Below, in pieces: positions 39,620 to 52,570 of a DNA stretch of 64,000 bases. Made by a program: the position numbers and the translations under genes. Position 1 is the first letter of the stretch. The number at the start of each line of letters is the position of its first letter. The stretch lies in NCBI RefSeq assembly GCF_006345805.1, contig NW_021833965.1, positions 7,674 to 71,673 of the forward strand. Direction: 5' to 3'. The notes under the pieces are model-generated. The model worked only from the letters and a program-made list of their open reading frames with translations. It made no database searches and was not told the DNA's origin. The stretch comes from Octopus sinensis (lineage: Eukaryota).

Positions 39620-40200
39620 TATCTGGTCGTCGGCCGACCGTCAGAGGTCGACGTTGACTGTTTTGTTTAGAAATCACATTTGTCATGTGGATAACAAGGC
39701 CTGCTCTTGATCTGCCGTAGCGACGACATCTGCTGTTAGTGAATTTACGTCTAACAACGGAGAAGTGACGCTTCTCATGTGCACTTTCATTTTGTCACTG
39801 TTGTTTCTCCTCAATGGCTGGAATTACGAGGATCAGCGATCAGTGCCGTTCATAGCGCCGCAAAGCCTTCTCCTCCCATGTGCCTCGGGCAAATGCTGGA
39901 GTTATTCATATGTCTCTTCAGTACATACCTCTATCACAACCTGTGCTCTTGCCCAGACGCAGTTCAGTGTTAAAAAAATATCTTTGGGAGCATTTCATGC
40001 GTAAACATGTACCACTACGATGAGGTAATGAAGGCCTCCATGATAAATTCGCAAGCGAAACGCAGCAACTCATCTCAAGTGCGATCCTGCCATCTGATAT
40101 GCAAGATGGAGCGCAGAAGACGAATGGGAACGCGCAGCGGAGACGCTTGATGTGCATTCCGTGACGTAGAGAGGGTAAGGAATGACTGCAGTACTGTACA
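39620..40200 (-). mobile_element. RTE-clade LINE C-terminal remnant
   Basis: SGTCLRM / LPKIFF / NTELRLGKSTGCDR / WEEKALRR..SLI resemble the RTE WxGHxxRM..LPKxIFYxELxxGKR..GRP..WExxAxDR pattern. Confidence 0.5.
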
Positions 40201-40251
40201 CCTTTTGTATGTATGTATGTATGTATGTATGTATGTATGTATGTATGTATG

Positions 40252-40311
<60 letters not shown>

Positions 40312-40734
40312 GTATGTATGTATGTATGTATGTATGTATCAAGTATCATAATATTTTGTTCTCCGACTTGAAGCGACAATTTATAAGTACAAGCAAATGA
40401 CTGGAAAATGATCAGCTAGCCCCAGCCAGAATCGAACCCACAAATCAACCCTAACATGGCTCCATGCGCAAACGTTCACCCATCAATTTCAGCCAAATGT
40501 ATTTAATATATACTTAAACTAATACGACATATAATATTTGTAAACTCTTTGTTTTTGTATTCATAAATTGTCACTTCATATAGGAGAATAAAATATTACT
40601 AAGATACATTATTATGCAGTTATTATTATACTATGGGCCTTCCATATCAACTTTCTTTCCGTAACTTACAAGGCCTTCTGCGTTTGTTTACATACACATA
40701 CACACACACACACACATTTATATAATTTTTTTTC

Positions 40735-41011
40735 CGACCAGTCCATCAGATGTAGTTACACATCGCTGGTCACAATGCGTTCGCATTGTTTTAGCCTTCG
40801 AATGACGCCACCCAGTTGGCTAAGCGAGCAGGCCAACAGAAGAAAGAGTGGGAGAAAGTGTGGTGAAAGAGTACAGCAGGGATCACCACCCCCTGCCGGA
40901 GCCTCGTGTAGCTTTTAGGTGTTTTCGCTCAATAAACACTCACAACACCCGGTCTGGGAATCGAACCCGCGATCCTACGACCGCGAGTCCGCTGCCCTAA
41001 ACACTAGGCCT

Positions 41012-41012
<1 letters not shown>
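40735..41012 (-). mobile_element. Family B SINE (B3)
   Basis: Reverse complement: ggaggcctagtgtttagggcagcggactcgcggtcgtaggatcgcgggttcgattccc, a tRNA-like head with B-box. Confidence 0.85.
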
Positions 41013-41071
<59 letters not shown>

Positions 41072-41330
41072 ACGTAAAAAATATATATTATGTCTTAGTG
41101 ATTTTTTATATACATTAAAAAGTGCGTTACTCTCTGGGAGATCTTTCTGGTAGCAAAAAGGCAAAGCAATTAGCTGACCCCTGATTATAATTATGTTTAT
41201 AATTATAGAATATTCGTATAATTTTACCTAAAAAGGTTACTTTAACGTACCGAACTACTCGGTAAAATTATTAAATATTAATTAATTAATTGATTAATCA
41301 ATTTTACCCTTTTATTATTATTAAATATAC

Positions 41331-41380
<50 letters not shown>

Positions 41381-41965
41381 TATCAATACGTATTTTCAGT
41401 ATATAAATATACTTTGTGAAGAACTTCTTAAATGTTTCTGGAAAATTTCTCATATTGTATCAAAAACTTTTCCTCAGAGAAGTAATATATGCTTGGTTTG
41501 CTTTCCCGATATCTCAATATTAATAATGGTGTCACACAAAGTCATATGCGTGCTGTTTGTGGTGTCGATGTTAGCAAAGTATGTGACTGCGCATCGTAGC
41601 TAGCCATTTAGATTTAGATAATATATAGTCATATGAAAGTTTTGAGTCTCGATGACAAAGAGCAGACAACGAATACTTTCGTATGTAAAGAAATAAAACA
41701 GTTTGAAAGTTGAGTCTGTTTAGTGTAGTGGCTGCCCCGACTCCCAAAGCTTATATTAGTTATGTAAATGACGAAAGCGTACATATATATACACACACAC
41801 ACACAAACACACAGGCACACACGCACCCACACACACATATATATATACATACACACGCAAACCAACATAACATGTATCCATACACAAAAACGCACTCTTG
41901 TATACACATGCCCATCTTCCCCAAAAACACAAACACTCATATATAGACACACAACACCGCTTCAA

Positions 41966-42015
<50 letters not shown>

Positions 42016-42579
42016 AGGTATACACATATATATATGCATGTGTGTGTGTGTGTGTGTGTGTACTTGTACGTATATATATGTATATACATGCGCGCGCATA
42101 TATATGTTTCCATCTATATATAGATACAAAATGTACAAGCAACACGTTCAAATACAAAAACATACACACACTTACACACATACACACACATACACACACA
42201 CATACACGAACTTCGCAAATATTTATAATGTGTATTTCTACATCATTTCCTTTCGGTAAAGAGAATTAAAACAAACAAAAAATTAATAAATGACACACAA
42301 AAATTTAAAAACACATACACTGGGGTAAAATCTGCAACAAAGTGTTTTAAACAAACAACAAAAAATATATAACAGAAAAAAAGAAAATCATATTAAATAC
42401 AATTTACGAAACGATTTTTTTCCCCGAGAATTAGAAAATCATAAATAAGAAAAACTAATTCACTCTCACAATTCTGTATCGGAGCTAAGACACCATTTTT
42501 TTTTCTTTCACTATTATATTATTACTTTTACAAGTTTACGTTGGACTCCTAAAATCACACATTGACAATCATAGACACG

Positions 42580-42614
42580 CAACAATTTTTTTCATGTTAT
42601 TATTATTATCATTA

Positions 42615-42654
<40 letters not shown>

Positions 42655-42669
42655 TATTATTATTGTTAT

Positions 42670-42726
<57 letters not shown>

Positions 42727-42804
42727 AAGTAGTAGTTTCTTCATAATTCATTTTCTTTTTTTAATATTTTCATTCATTTCCACATTCATATAAGTTTTTA
42801 CTGC

Positions 42805-42895
<91 letters not shown>

Positions 42896-43130
42896 GTATG
42901 TGTATGTATGTATATATATGTACATTTATGCATAAATGTATTTATATTTATACATATACATATATACACATTTATTTATACATATATATACATATATATG
43001 CACACATATATATTACACGCACACACATATACATATACACACACAAACATATATATATACACATACACACACACACACATATATATATATATAATATATA
43101 TATATCATTTATTTATTTATTTATTTTTGT
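42580..43130. repeat. (ATT)n, (AGT)n, (TA)n, (TG)n and (CA)n microsatellites
   Basis: Directly visible runs. Confidence 0.9.
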
Positions 43131-43444
43131 TGGGGCGGATTTTTTCTTCTGTTCTGTTTTGTACTTTAGTTTCATAAAAAAATAACACAATTTGAATATG
43201 ATAACGAAGTAAAATATATTTCTGTTATTCCCTTCCACGTATTAAAGCAATATCCGCGTATGATATTTAATAGTCGGCAATTGAATATCAAATCGTTTGC
43301 GTCTATTTTATTTCATTTTAATAACTGAGTCAGTGGAAGAAAAGTAGCGCTCATGGCGTTATTCAGGGCCTCCATATCCGCTGAAAGCAACAGAGACCGG
43401 ACGTGAATGACTGGAACAAATTAGTTTTCTAAGGCTATAGCAGA

Positions 43445-43757
43445 GCCCACCGTCGTTTACAAGGGTGAATTGTCCAGTTGATCCGACCAACGGAACAGCC
43501 TGCTCGTGAAATTAAAGTGCAAATGGTCGAGCACATCACGGATACAAGTGTACTATTAACGTAATTCTCAGGGAGATTCTGCGTGACACACCGACAGTGA
43601 CAAGGCTGGTCCATTGAACCATAAGTACAACACACTTTTGCCAACTGTGTTGACAAGAGCAACGTCTTGCTCAAGGACACACTGCGCAGCCGCGAATCGA
43701 GCTCATCACCATACGATCGTAAGCTGAACACACCAACCGCTAACCCATGCGCCTTCG
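43445..43757 (-). mobile_element. Family B SINE (B1 tail)
   Basis: ccagttgatccgaccaacggaacagcctgctcgtgaaattaa...cttgctcaaggacac...gaatcgagc. Confidence 0.8.
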
Positions 43758-44118
43758 CCATTCTCTTGAAATCAACTAATGGCAACTTGATGAATACTTT
43801 CTTCTGTAGGTACAGGATGTAAAATCGAAACTTTTTAATTCTTCTTCCATTTTTCCACTTTGGTAGAAAGTTCGTACATTTCGTGCACCTTGGCTTTATT
43901 ACATATCTGACGCTCAGAATTAGGCATTTGAAGCCTCGGATATCCATTTGGCTTTCATTAGTGTCTGTCATTGTTGGATCATTTTTATAGTGCAGTCTCC
44001 CTGACCTAGGTTTTGCGATTGGCTTCCTTTGTGGTCCCTATTGTACTGGGTTAATTTGCTGGTTCAACTTCCAACGATCTTTCTTTTCCCAGGATTAGGA
44101 CCAGAATGATAGGATATA

Positions 44119-44335
44119 TGAGAAGGTGCTGAAAAGTTCCTTACTTTAAGGGTATCGCGAAAGGCCTGACAGGAGGACCAAACTTCCAAGTTCTTTTACA
44201 GGGTTTAGAAATACTTAAGGATCACTGCAATTATTGTGTGAATCTGAGAGGGAAATATGTTGGATAAAATCACAATTAACTGATCCTTCTTCATTTTCTT
44301 TTACCCAAAGCCAGGAACTTTTCAGCACCCCCTCG
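44119..44335. mobile_element. Mariner-derived MITE (217 bp)
   Basis: TIRs tgagaaggtgctgaaaagttcct and aggaacttttcagcaccccctcg (20/23 match); TA TSD; interior resembles a transposase C-terminus (CVNLRGKYVG*). Confidence 0.85.
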
Positions 44336-44419
44336 TACCTGCCAAGGCCTGAAATATCCTTGGCTAGGGGTTACTCGATTATATCTTCCTAACGTTTGAC
44401 TGATACATATTTCTGAGCA

Positions 44420-44510
44420 GAATTTGAACTCAGAACGTAATGGGTCGAACGATAGACCGCTAAATATTTGGCCCGATGCGCTAACGGTACTGCCAGTTTG
44501 CCGACTTAGT
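44420..44510 (-). mobile_element. SINE family A head fragment
   Basis: gaatttgaactcagaacgta...gcgctaacggtactgccag. Confidence 0.65.
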
Positions 44511-44829
44511 TGATGGTCATCATAAATGCGGCAAAATAGTTATTCATATCCAAATACGGGGTCCAACAGTAAATGTTTATACAATAAAAGTCGTAGTTGC
44601 AAAATGCCCTTAACGCCAGGGAGTCTTTAGAACTGAATAACCGACATCCGGTAACCTCTAAACATGTTGCGCTGCTGGATTAACAATTCAACGTACACCT
44701 ACAGTAGCAATACTTGAACACATTCGACTCGCCGTGTCTGTTGACCCGAGGGATCGCTGAGAGTTTGGGGTCTTAAAATATCGAAGTTCTTCCAGATAAT
44801 AATAGTTAAGCAATATTACCATATCAATG

Positions 44830-45030
44830 TCGGTTTCAAATTTTGGCACAAGGCCAGCAATTTCGGGAAGGGGGTGCCATAAGTCGATTACATCTATCGC
44901 AGTCCTCAACAGGTACATATTTCATCAACCCCGATATCATGAAAGGCAAAGTCGACCTCAGCGGAATTTGAACTCAAAACGTACAGACGGACGAAATGCA
45001 GTTAAGTATTTTGTCCGTCTTCTAAACTAG
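44830..45030 (-). mobile_element. SINE family A monomer
   Basis: aagtcgattacatc...gaaaggcaaagtcgacctcagcggaatttgaactc. Confidence 0.8.
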
Positions 45031-45999
45031 ACAAAATACAAAGCCATCTATCGCCTTTGTTCCATAGATGTTCGGATGCACAAGCTCACACATATCCTCA
45101 GGGTTTCATTTTGGAGTCACTGAGTATTTTGCTTTGCAAGATACACATTTGTCCGGGCGATATGACTGAGATGCACTGAGACCCAGCCTCTCTCCAGTGA
45201 ACACGCTAATGACATGTACCAGTCATTCCATTTTAGCCGAAGTCTTTTAAAAGCCTGTTGCTTCCATATTTTGTCCATGGCACGCTTTCTGCTAACTTCC
45301 ATAAAGCTCAGTGTTTAGAATACCTTACTATGGAGATGACTTGCGATCTTTCTATGCCTATCTCCACCGGAATGCAGTTGGTCTTACATCCGTTCTTCCA
45401 GCTATTTTCCACCAGCCACCGTTACTTCACCGCATTCCATTCTTAAAATTACCCCACCCCGTTCACCAAGAACACGGTATATCGATATATCAATAATTAT
45501 AAATAATTTAGCCAGAAACTTTATTTGGCAGTGATGAGAAAAGGAACGAATGAAAAAAAGCGCAGCATTAAATGCCATCTCTTTAGTTGCGTTCCTCTGT
45601 GGTTTGAATTCCCCTGACTCTTTCACATCAAACTTATTCCCGAATCAACAGAGATATTTCCTATTTACACTGCGCATAGTAGGACACCTTGTGAGTGGTC
45701 CCAATTCATTAAATTAATTAACGATTCCTTCTAGGTAGCAAGATAAAACTCCATTGGGACATGAAATTAATATACTCTATTTGTCATCCATGTAGATTCT
45801 TTTCCCCTTCAACGATTCACATAGTGACAGAATATTATTATCACCACGATATTTTTTTGTCACGAAAGACACTGATTTTCACTTCGTGATGGTACCGTTC
45901 CTGCCTTAAATGTATGTAAATTGTTATCTTGGTCTTTGTTAAGACGTATTTAGGCTCGTGGAACTAAATCACAGAATTAAAATGAGGAAAACATTTACG

Positions 46000-46400
46000 A
46001 TTCAGATAAGTTGTTTCTATCATCCATTCAACAACTCAATAGATGTAATAAATAAATATTTGAAACAGTTGTAACCGTCAGTGATCGTAGCTGTATGGGG
46101 CCAAGTGCTGTAACTGCGCGTCCCAGCAGCCACCATTTGTTGGTAACTTCTACTCCGGCCGGATGACATCTTTGCAACCCTCGCACCTATGGGTCCGTTT
46201 GAACAGTCGTTGCTGGAGAGGGTTTTACGAGGTCGGAGTACAAATCCTACCGCAATCTCTTTTAGATCCTTTTTGTTATAGGCGAAAAGAAACATTGGGT
46301 CTATTCCTTGGCGTGCCCGTCTCCACACAGAAACTATTACACTGATGTTGAATCGAGTTGGCAAACGACTTCGTTTCAAGTCATTTCCGTTTCTTAATGT
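46000..46400 (-). mobile_element. Possible very old mariner transposase remnant
   Basis: GCWDAQLQHLAPYSYD loosely resembles GWEVLPHPPYSPD; spread over frameshifts. Confidence 0.3.
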
Positions 46401-46537
46401 AGTCAACTTTTCAGAAGAAAATCATATAGCCTCTTCAAAGGAGGATCTATTGTTCAGAAATACATAAGAGATTTTGAGGAGGACCTACTTTTTAAAAAAT
46501 CGAACTGACATCTAGTGTGTGTGAGTGTGTATACGTT

Positions 46538-46584
<47 letters not shown>

Positions 46585-47055
46585 GTATGTATGTATGTAT
46601 GTATGTAGAGATGACACCGGAAAAGCACAAAGGATATGGTAATGAACTTCATTAGCTTGCAAATGTTTCTGCTATAAGACGCGGTGGACTCTTAGTTGAG
46701 TACCTGAATAATATCCCATAGCTTCATCAGAACCTGGAATATGAAGTGTACTTTGTTCGTGAAAATTACATTTTCGGAACATACAAGTATCTGAGCGAGA
46801 AGGTCTATGTTGATGCCTAGGAAAAAGAAAAAACAAAACCTTTCCAGTGTCAATTCTTTGTTTATATTATCATTCTATACTTATCAAACTTTGTGTTAGA
46901 TGAGTACCAGATTGTTAGACTCGATACGCCTAAGCATTATATATGCATGTATATATGTATATATGTATGTATGTATGGTTATATGTGTGCATATATAAAA
47001 ATATATATATATAAACGTATATATACATATATACACAGATATATGTATATATATA

Positions 47056-47094
<39 letters not shown>

Positions 47095-47130
47095 CACACA
47101 CACACACACACACACACAATATATATATAT

Positions 47131-47164
<34 letters not shown>

Positions 47165-47285
47165 ATAGTTAAAATTTACAGACACATGTGGGAACAACAA
47201 GCAGGTGTATTAGTTAACGCTCGGGAAGCATGGAAAAAGTCTTGACGTTTCGAGCCTACGCACTTTGACAGAAAGGATTGAGAGA
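47165..47285 (-). mobile_element. Short (TA)n-flanked repeat with hammerhead-like motif
   Basis: Minus strand ccttt-CTGTCAA-a-gtgc-gtag-gctc-GAAAC-GTC-aag (47241-47276); homologous to 63660-63760. Confidence 0.55.
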
Positions 47286-47293
47286 ATATATAT

Positions 47294-47325
<32 letters not shown>

Positions 47326-47334
47326 ACGTGTTTT

Positions 47335-47470
47335 CACATAGTTTTCCTCTTCCTAATTCATCCACAAGGCATTGGTATGCGTGGTACTAGTGAAGAAGGC
47401 GCCTAACTAAGGTGCTACACACCGAGATTGTACCAGAAACCATGGGGGTGCAAAGCGAGCTTCTTAACTA
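47335..47470 (-). mobile_element. Decayed family C SINE head
   Basis: cacaaggcattggt...ctaaggtgctacac...aaaccatg...gcagccatagctgcgcc. Confidence 0.5.
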
Positions 47471-47654
47471 AGCAGCCATAGCTGCGCCAAATGACAATTC
47501 CTTTTTCAGAATAGAAGGACGTGGTCTGATGGTGATTTGGCTTCTATGTCTAGCAGCATTTTAAATTACATACAGAAGTATTATGTAGTTTACCAGTATT
47601 TAATCCCTATTTATGACCAAGTTCCAAACCGATTCGTTAACCACATTAATCCTT

Positions 47655-47853
47655 TCACAAGAACTGAAATTTAGGGGGAGTGGGTAAGGCGATTAGATCG
47701 ACCTCAGTACTCAACTGCTACTTAATTTATTGACCCCGAAAGGGAGAAAGGCGAAGTCGACCTCGGCGGAATTTGAACTCAGAACGTAGCGGCAGACGAA
47801 ACACTGCTAAGCTTTTCGCCCGGCGTGCTAACGGTTCTGCCAGCTCGCCGCCT
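47655..47853 (-). mobile_element. SINE family A monomer
   Basis: Near-consensus head gccagctcgccgcct with full body. Confidence 0.85.
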
Positions 47854-48229
47854 CGTTAACTCCAACATTGATACAAGGTGGATGAAAAGTTACAACGTAA
47901 CTGTGAACAAGCTCAGCTAACACTGTCTCTGCTCTAATATTGACAGCTGCAAAAAAAGGGTTACGAACCAAAAAGAAAGCCCCTTGTTTATCATTAGGTT
48001 TGCTAAAAATAATAACAGAATTCCTTCTGGTCTCATCTTACCTACAAGAAAACTGAAATATACAACAATTATTCGCGACGGAAGTAGTATTAACAGCAAC
48101 AGGTAATCTTCCTGTCCAGCTTAACGTAGATGTTTAATCAGACGCCAAGAACTGTGGTGTTCGCCTTGAGAAGTCTTCTCATATGGACGTATAGTGCTTA
48201 AAAGCATACATATTTTTATCGTCGCAAAT

Positions 48230-48480
48230 AATTAATTTTAATAACCTTACTGAATGCTTGCGACATCAGTGACTGAAAAGCCACTGTAAGTGTCCATATC
48301 ATTGGAAGTGAGATTTGGATGGTACGCAACGAGCGTATTGCTGTCACCGAAGAGACGCAATTCGTGGAAATCATGTGATCTGGCAGTTCTGGTGCCCATA
48401 CCAGACGATTCTAGTCTGCCAACGATATAAATACGTGTGCTTTTATGCACCATGTGACCGCATGAGAATATCTACCAAGA
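48230..48480 (-). mobile_element. Possible RTE remnant
   Basis: RIVWYGH..PRIA resembles the RTE RLxWYGH motif. Confidence 0.3.
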
Positions 48481-48669
48481 TGAGTACCACAATGTTCGCC
48501 GTTCTAACTGAATATCCATGTTAAGTTGGGTATAAAGAAATATACAATGTAGGCTTTTAGCAATAGAGTAAATACTACTATTCGGGCCAAAGAGGATGCT
48601 TCTAGCAGGTAACCTGAGTGATCAGGATAGCAGCCAAACTTGCATCAAATCACATAAAATATATAAATA

Positions 48670-48960
48670 AATGCACCCTTTTAAAGCCTAGCCAGGCTCA
48701 AGGCCCCAGTTTCCCAGTTTCTATGGCGTATGTGTTCCCCAGTTGGACGGGACGCCAATCCATCGCAGCGTTACTCATTTTTGCCAGCTGAGTGGACAAG
48801 AGAAACATGAAATGAAGTGTTTTGCTCAAGAACACAACGCGTCGCCCGGTCCAGGAATCGAAACCACAATCTTACGATCATGATGCTGACACCCCAACCG
48901 CTAAGCCGCGCGCCTCCACACTCAAACCACATGCCTCCACACTCAAACCACATGCCTCTG
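48670..48960 (-). mobile_element. Family B SINE (B2) with duplicated 21-bp head segments
   Basis: Highly similar reverse complement of 28853-29101; gcctccacactcaaaccacat repeated twice at the 5' end. Confidence 0.85.
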
Positions 48961-50224
48961 TGTTAAGTGCGGAAGATGTGTATGATGTCGTTCTAGATAT
49001 CTTACAAGAAAAATAAATATATGAAATCTGAAAATTGTGATCATAAGTCTACACAATAAAGGTCAACCTGCGCCAACACAACATCAACAACAACAAGAAA
49101 GTGTCATTTCACAGCAGCAACAGCAATAATGTGTAGCGTTAAAGTAACACTACGAACAATACATAACAAACTAATTAATTAACTTACTAATTAACCAGCT
49201 GGCTATTAACAACAAAATCAGTCTCTAATTGAATGAACCAACGAAAATTGTCTCCTTTACTTGATTCCTTCATTTTGATTTCCCTTCTCGCCATAACATT
49301 TATTTTAATTACCAAAAACAAAAGAGGGGTATCAAGGCAATTTAACTCCCCACATTTTTTTTTATTTGTAATATTGTTCCAAGTCCGTCCCTTTGTTCCG
49401 GAGTTATTTGTATCAGATAAGCCTTTGGGATTTCCTTTAGAAAATAATAAGATAAAAAATGAAAAAAATTTGCATTCACTTGAGATATTTCAATACAAAT
49501 TAACAGCAACTTATTTGTTTGCTTTTAATTTTTCAAGTTTAAATGTTGATATTTTTACCTCTTAATGATAAAATAAATTTTTTTTTTTAAATTTATGTTC
49601 GTTAAATTCTTCGTCTTCTTCATTCATTTTAGTCTGGGGCAAGAACGATTCAATGGCTCTTACCTTGAATATTTATTTTAACCTTTTTTCTAAATTGATT
49701 ATGTTTTGTTTCTCATTGTATCGTTTATTTTTCATCTTCTTATTTGTGATGTTTCTTTTATATATTCTATTCTTTTATCTATTGACATTGGAAATAGGAA
49801 TCTGCCGGAAACAAAACATTTTTCACTCGGCGGCTAAATCATTCAGTCGGGCGGCCATAGAATCAGCCATGTAAATTTCAGAAGCGGATTGAAGAGTCCT
49901 GATAAGAAATCTACCCAGGAGCTCTACAAACTCGTATGGCAATGATAATAGCTTCATCACCATCATGGTTCTCATTGGACTGCCTTTCTAGTTACTGAAG
50001 GTCAGACAGTTTACAGGAAAAATACACTCAACTTAATCGACCCCAGTACACGCTTAGTGATTATCATACCGACTTTTGAACTAGGATATACAAAGAGGAC
50101 TTTGGTTGAATAAAAAATAATTCGTAGAGGTTAGTCTGTGTTAATGTATAACCATGTTACCATCATTCAGTTGTCTAAAAGAGAGTCCGAAAATGTCATA
50201 AGCAGTACGACTCTATCCGAGGTT

Positions 50225-50305
50225 AAATAATAATAATAATAATGTAAAATAATAATAATAATAATATAATAATAATAATAAAATAATAATAATAATGATA
50301 TGATA

Positions 50306-50337
<32 letters not shown>

Positions 50338-50380
50338 TAATAATAATAATAATAATATGATACTGATAATGATGATGATG

Positions 50381-50457
<77 letters not shown>

Positions 50458-50460
50458 TAG
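50225..50460. repeat. (AAT)n microsatellite
   Basis: Directly visible run. Confidence 0.95.
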
Positions 50461-50461
50461 T

Positions 50462-50825
50462 CTTAATTGTGAAAGAAAACAAACTAAGCTAGATCATAGA
50501 TATAGCATGCCCAGCAGACAACAAAGTATGCGATAAGGAAGAAAGAAAAGTCGAGAGATATGACAGGTTAGCTTGGGAGGTTAAGCAGTTGTAGTCGATG
50601 AAAAAGGTGGTAATAGTACTAATAATTGTCGGAGCCCAGGGAACAGTAAGCAAAAATCTCGAGAAGTACGTGAAACAAACAGTGGCTGCAATAATGGTGG
50701 AGCACTTGCAGAAAACAACACTGCTTGCAACCGCTGGAATACTCCGGAAGGTGCTCGAAAAATAAGAGGTGTTACTTTAGTTCATTGGTAGTGAAAAGCT
50801 GACACTGTAGTATATCTCAGACCAT
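50462..50825 (+). pseudogene. R4/Dong-like LINE 3' end
   Basis: IDIACPADNKVCDKEERKVERYDRLAWEVKQL*...IIVGAQGTVSKNLEKY...LQKTTLLATAGILRKVLEK*; the 3' UTR resembles that at 22455-22530. Confidence 0.85.
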
Positions 50826-50834
50826 AAAGACGGG

Positions 50835-51060
50835 CGTATTCTACGTAAAATACTGTCTATATAATTTGAAATTATAAAGCAAATTCATAATTTTCTTATG
50901 TTTTCTTAAACATTCTCTAGAACAATACTATGTGCAAAACAAAATATATGACACCATAGGCATAACACCAACATGAACTTCTAACGTATTTCTCTTGAGG
51001 TCTCGTGGTGAGACTTGGAGCCAACTTGTACAAATACAAAGCAAAAGTCAAACATAAAAT
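50835..51060 (+). mobile_element. R4/Dong-like LINE extreme 3' end, same subfamily as 51863-52448
   Basis: Highly similar to 52230-52448; ends gcaaaagtcaaacataaaat followed by (AAT)n. Confidence 0.85.
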
Positions 51061-51144
51061 AATAATAATAATATAATATATAATAATAATAATATAATAA
51101 TAATAATAATATAATAAGAATAATAAATAATATATTATTATTTA

Positions 51145-51179
<35 letters not shown>

Positions 51180-51189
51180 GTTATTATTG

Positions 51190-51227
<38 letters not shown>

Positions 51228-51228
51228 G

Positions 51229-51482
51229 TTCAGTAGTTTTATTTTTTTATAGCATGCTTTCACTTCACTACCGAGCGCAGCTCTGTGTGCCTTGGGTATG
51301 TGCTTGTGGTTTGTTGTGATGCTCTGATGGTTATTGTAGGAAAGTGTTCTGCGTAGGAGGTGCATGCCCAGTAGTGCAATTTCTGTATGTTAATGTGTTT
51401 GTAAGTCCTGGTGTTTTTGTTATGTATTTGTCTGAATATTTTTTTATCATGCCTAATGCACCTACTTGATAGGTATTATGAT
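51229..51482 (-). pseudogene. R4/Dong-like LINE 3' end, another subfamily
   Basis: Reverse complement gives VGALGMIKKYSDKYITKTPGLTN and a frameshifted QKIALLGMHLLRRTLS*; (ATT)n on both sides. Confidence 0.8.
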
Positions 51483-51519
51483 TATTATTATTATTAATTA
51501 TTATTATTATTATTATTAT

Positions 51520-51740
51520 TGAGTGTGACTTTCACGATCGCCAGATCGTGTTTCGATCGTTGACCGGATGGGCGTTGTGTCTTGAGCAAAACACTTCATT
51601 TCAAATTTCTCCGCGACCACTCCGACACGTGATGTGTGCTACTCCGTGCAACTGTTCGGGCAATGTCGATTTGATAGAGAGCGGGAGTTTAACGTACAGC
51701 ACATTAATTTGATCACTATAAACAAATCCTTTGTGCAGGT
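51520..51740 (+). mobile_element. Family B-related SINE fragment
   Basis: gttgtgtcttgagcaaaacacttcatttca domain followed by a different tail. Confidence 0.6.
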
Positions 51741-51862
51741 CATCATCATCATCATCATCGTCGTCGTCATCATCACCATCATCGTCATCGTTACCGTTAT
51801 CGTTGTTGTTGTTGTTATTATTATTATTGTTGTTGTTGTTATTATTATTAATAATATTATTA

Positions 51863-52447
51863 TTATTATGATAGAAAATGATCACATCTCACTCCTCTGG
51901 AACTTCACCATTTAAACTGACAGAAAGATAGATGCGAATAGGCCAGACATCATATCGAAAGACTTCAGACAAAAATCATGCCTCCTCATTGATATGACTA
52001 TCCCAATCGATATAAACGTATCTGTCAAGACCTACCAAAAACTGAGCAAATATAAAGATCTTGAAATAGAAAACAGCAAAATGTGGAACCTGAAGACTAA
52101 AACAATACCTGTTGTCATAGGTGCCCTGGGAATGATAGCAAAAGGGGCTGACTGCTACCTAGCTCAGATACCAGGAAACCCCTAAAATGGCAGAAATTTA
52201 ACAGATAGTGCTCATGGGAACTGCCCATATCCTACCCAAAATACTTTCTATGTAATCTCAAGTTTTAAAACCAACATAATTTTCTTATGGTTTCCTAAAC
52301 ATTCTCTAGAACAACACTATGTACAAAACCAAATATATGGCACCCTAGGCATAATACCAACATGAACTTCCAACCTGTTGTCTCTTGAGGTCTCTGGGTG
52401 AGACTTGGAGCCAACTTGTACAAATGTAAAGCAAAAGTCAAACATAA

Positions 52448-52448
<1 letters not shown>
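51863..52448 (+). pseudogene. R4/Dong-like LINE RLE domain plus 3' UTR
   Basis: ENDHISLLWNFTI*TDRKIDANRPDI..KSCLLIDMTIPIDINV..KLSKYKDLEIE..MWNLKTKTIPVVIGALGMI; trinucleotide tracts on both sides. Confidence 0.9.
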
Positions 52449-52497
<49 letters not shown>

Positions 52498-52528
52498 TGT
52501 TGTTGTTGAAGATGATGATAATGATGAA

Positions 52529-52570
<42 letters not shown>

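Noticed and set aside
43435-43971. 178-aa ORF as a gene
   Set aside because: More than half reads through a SINE; no motif recognised.
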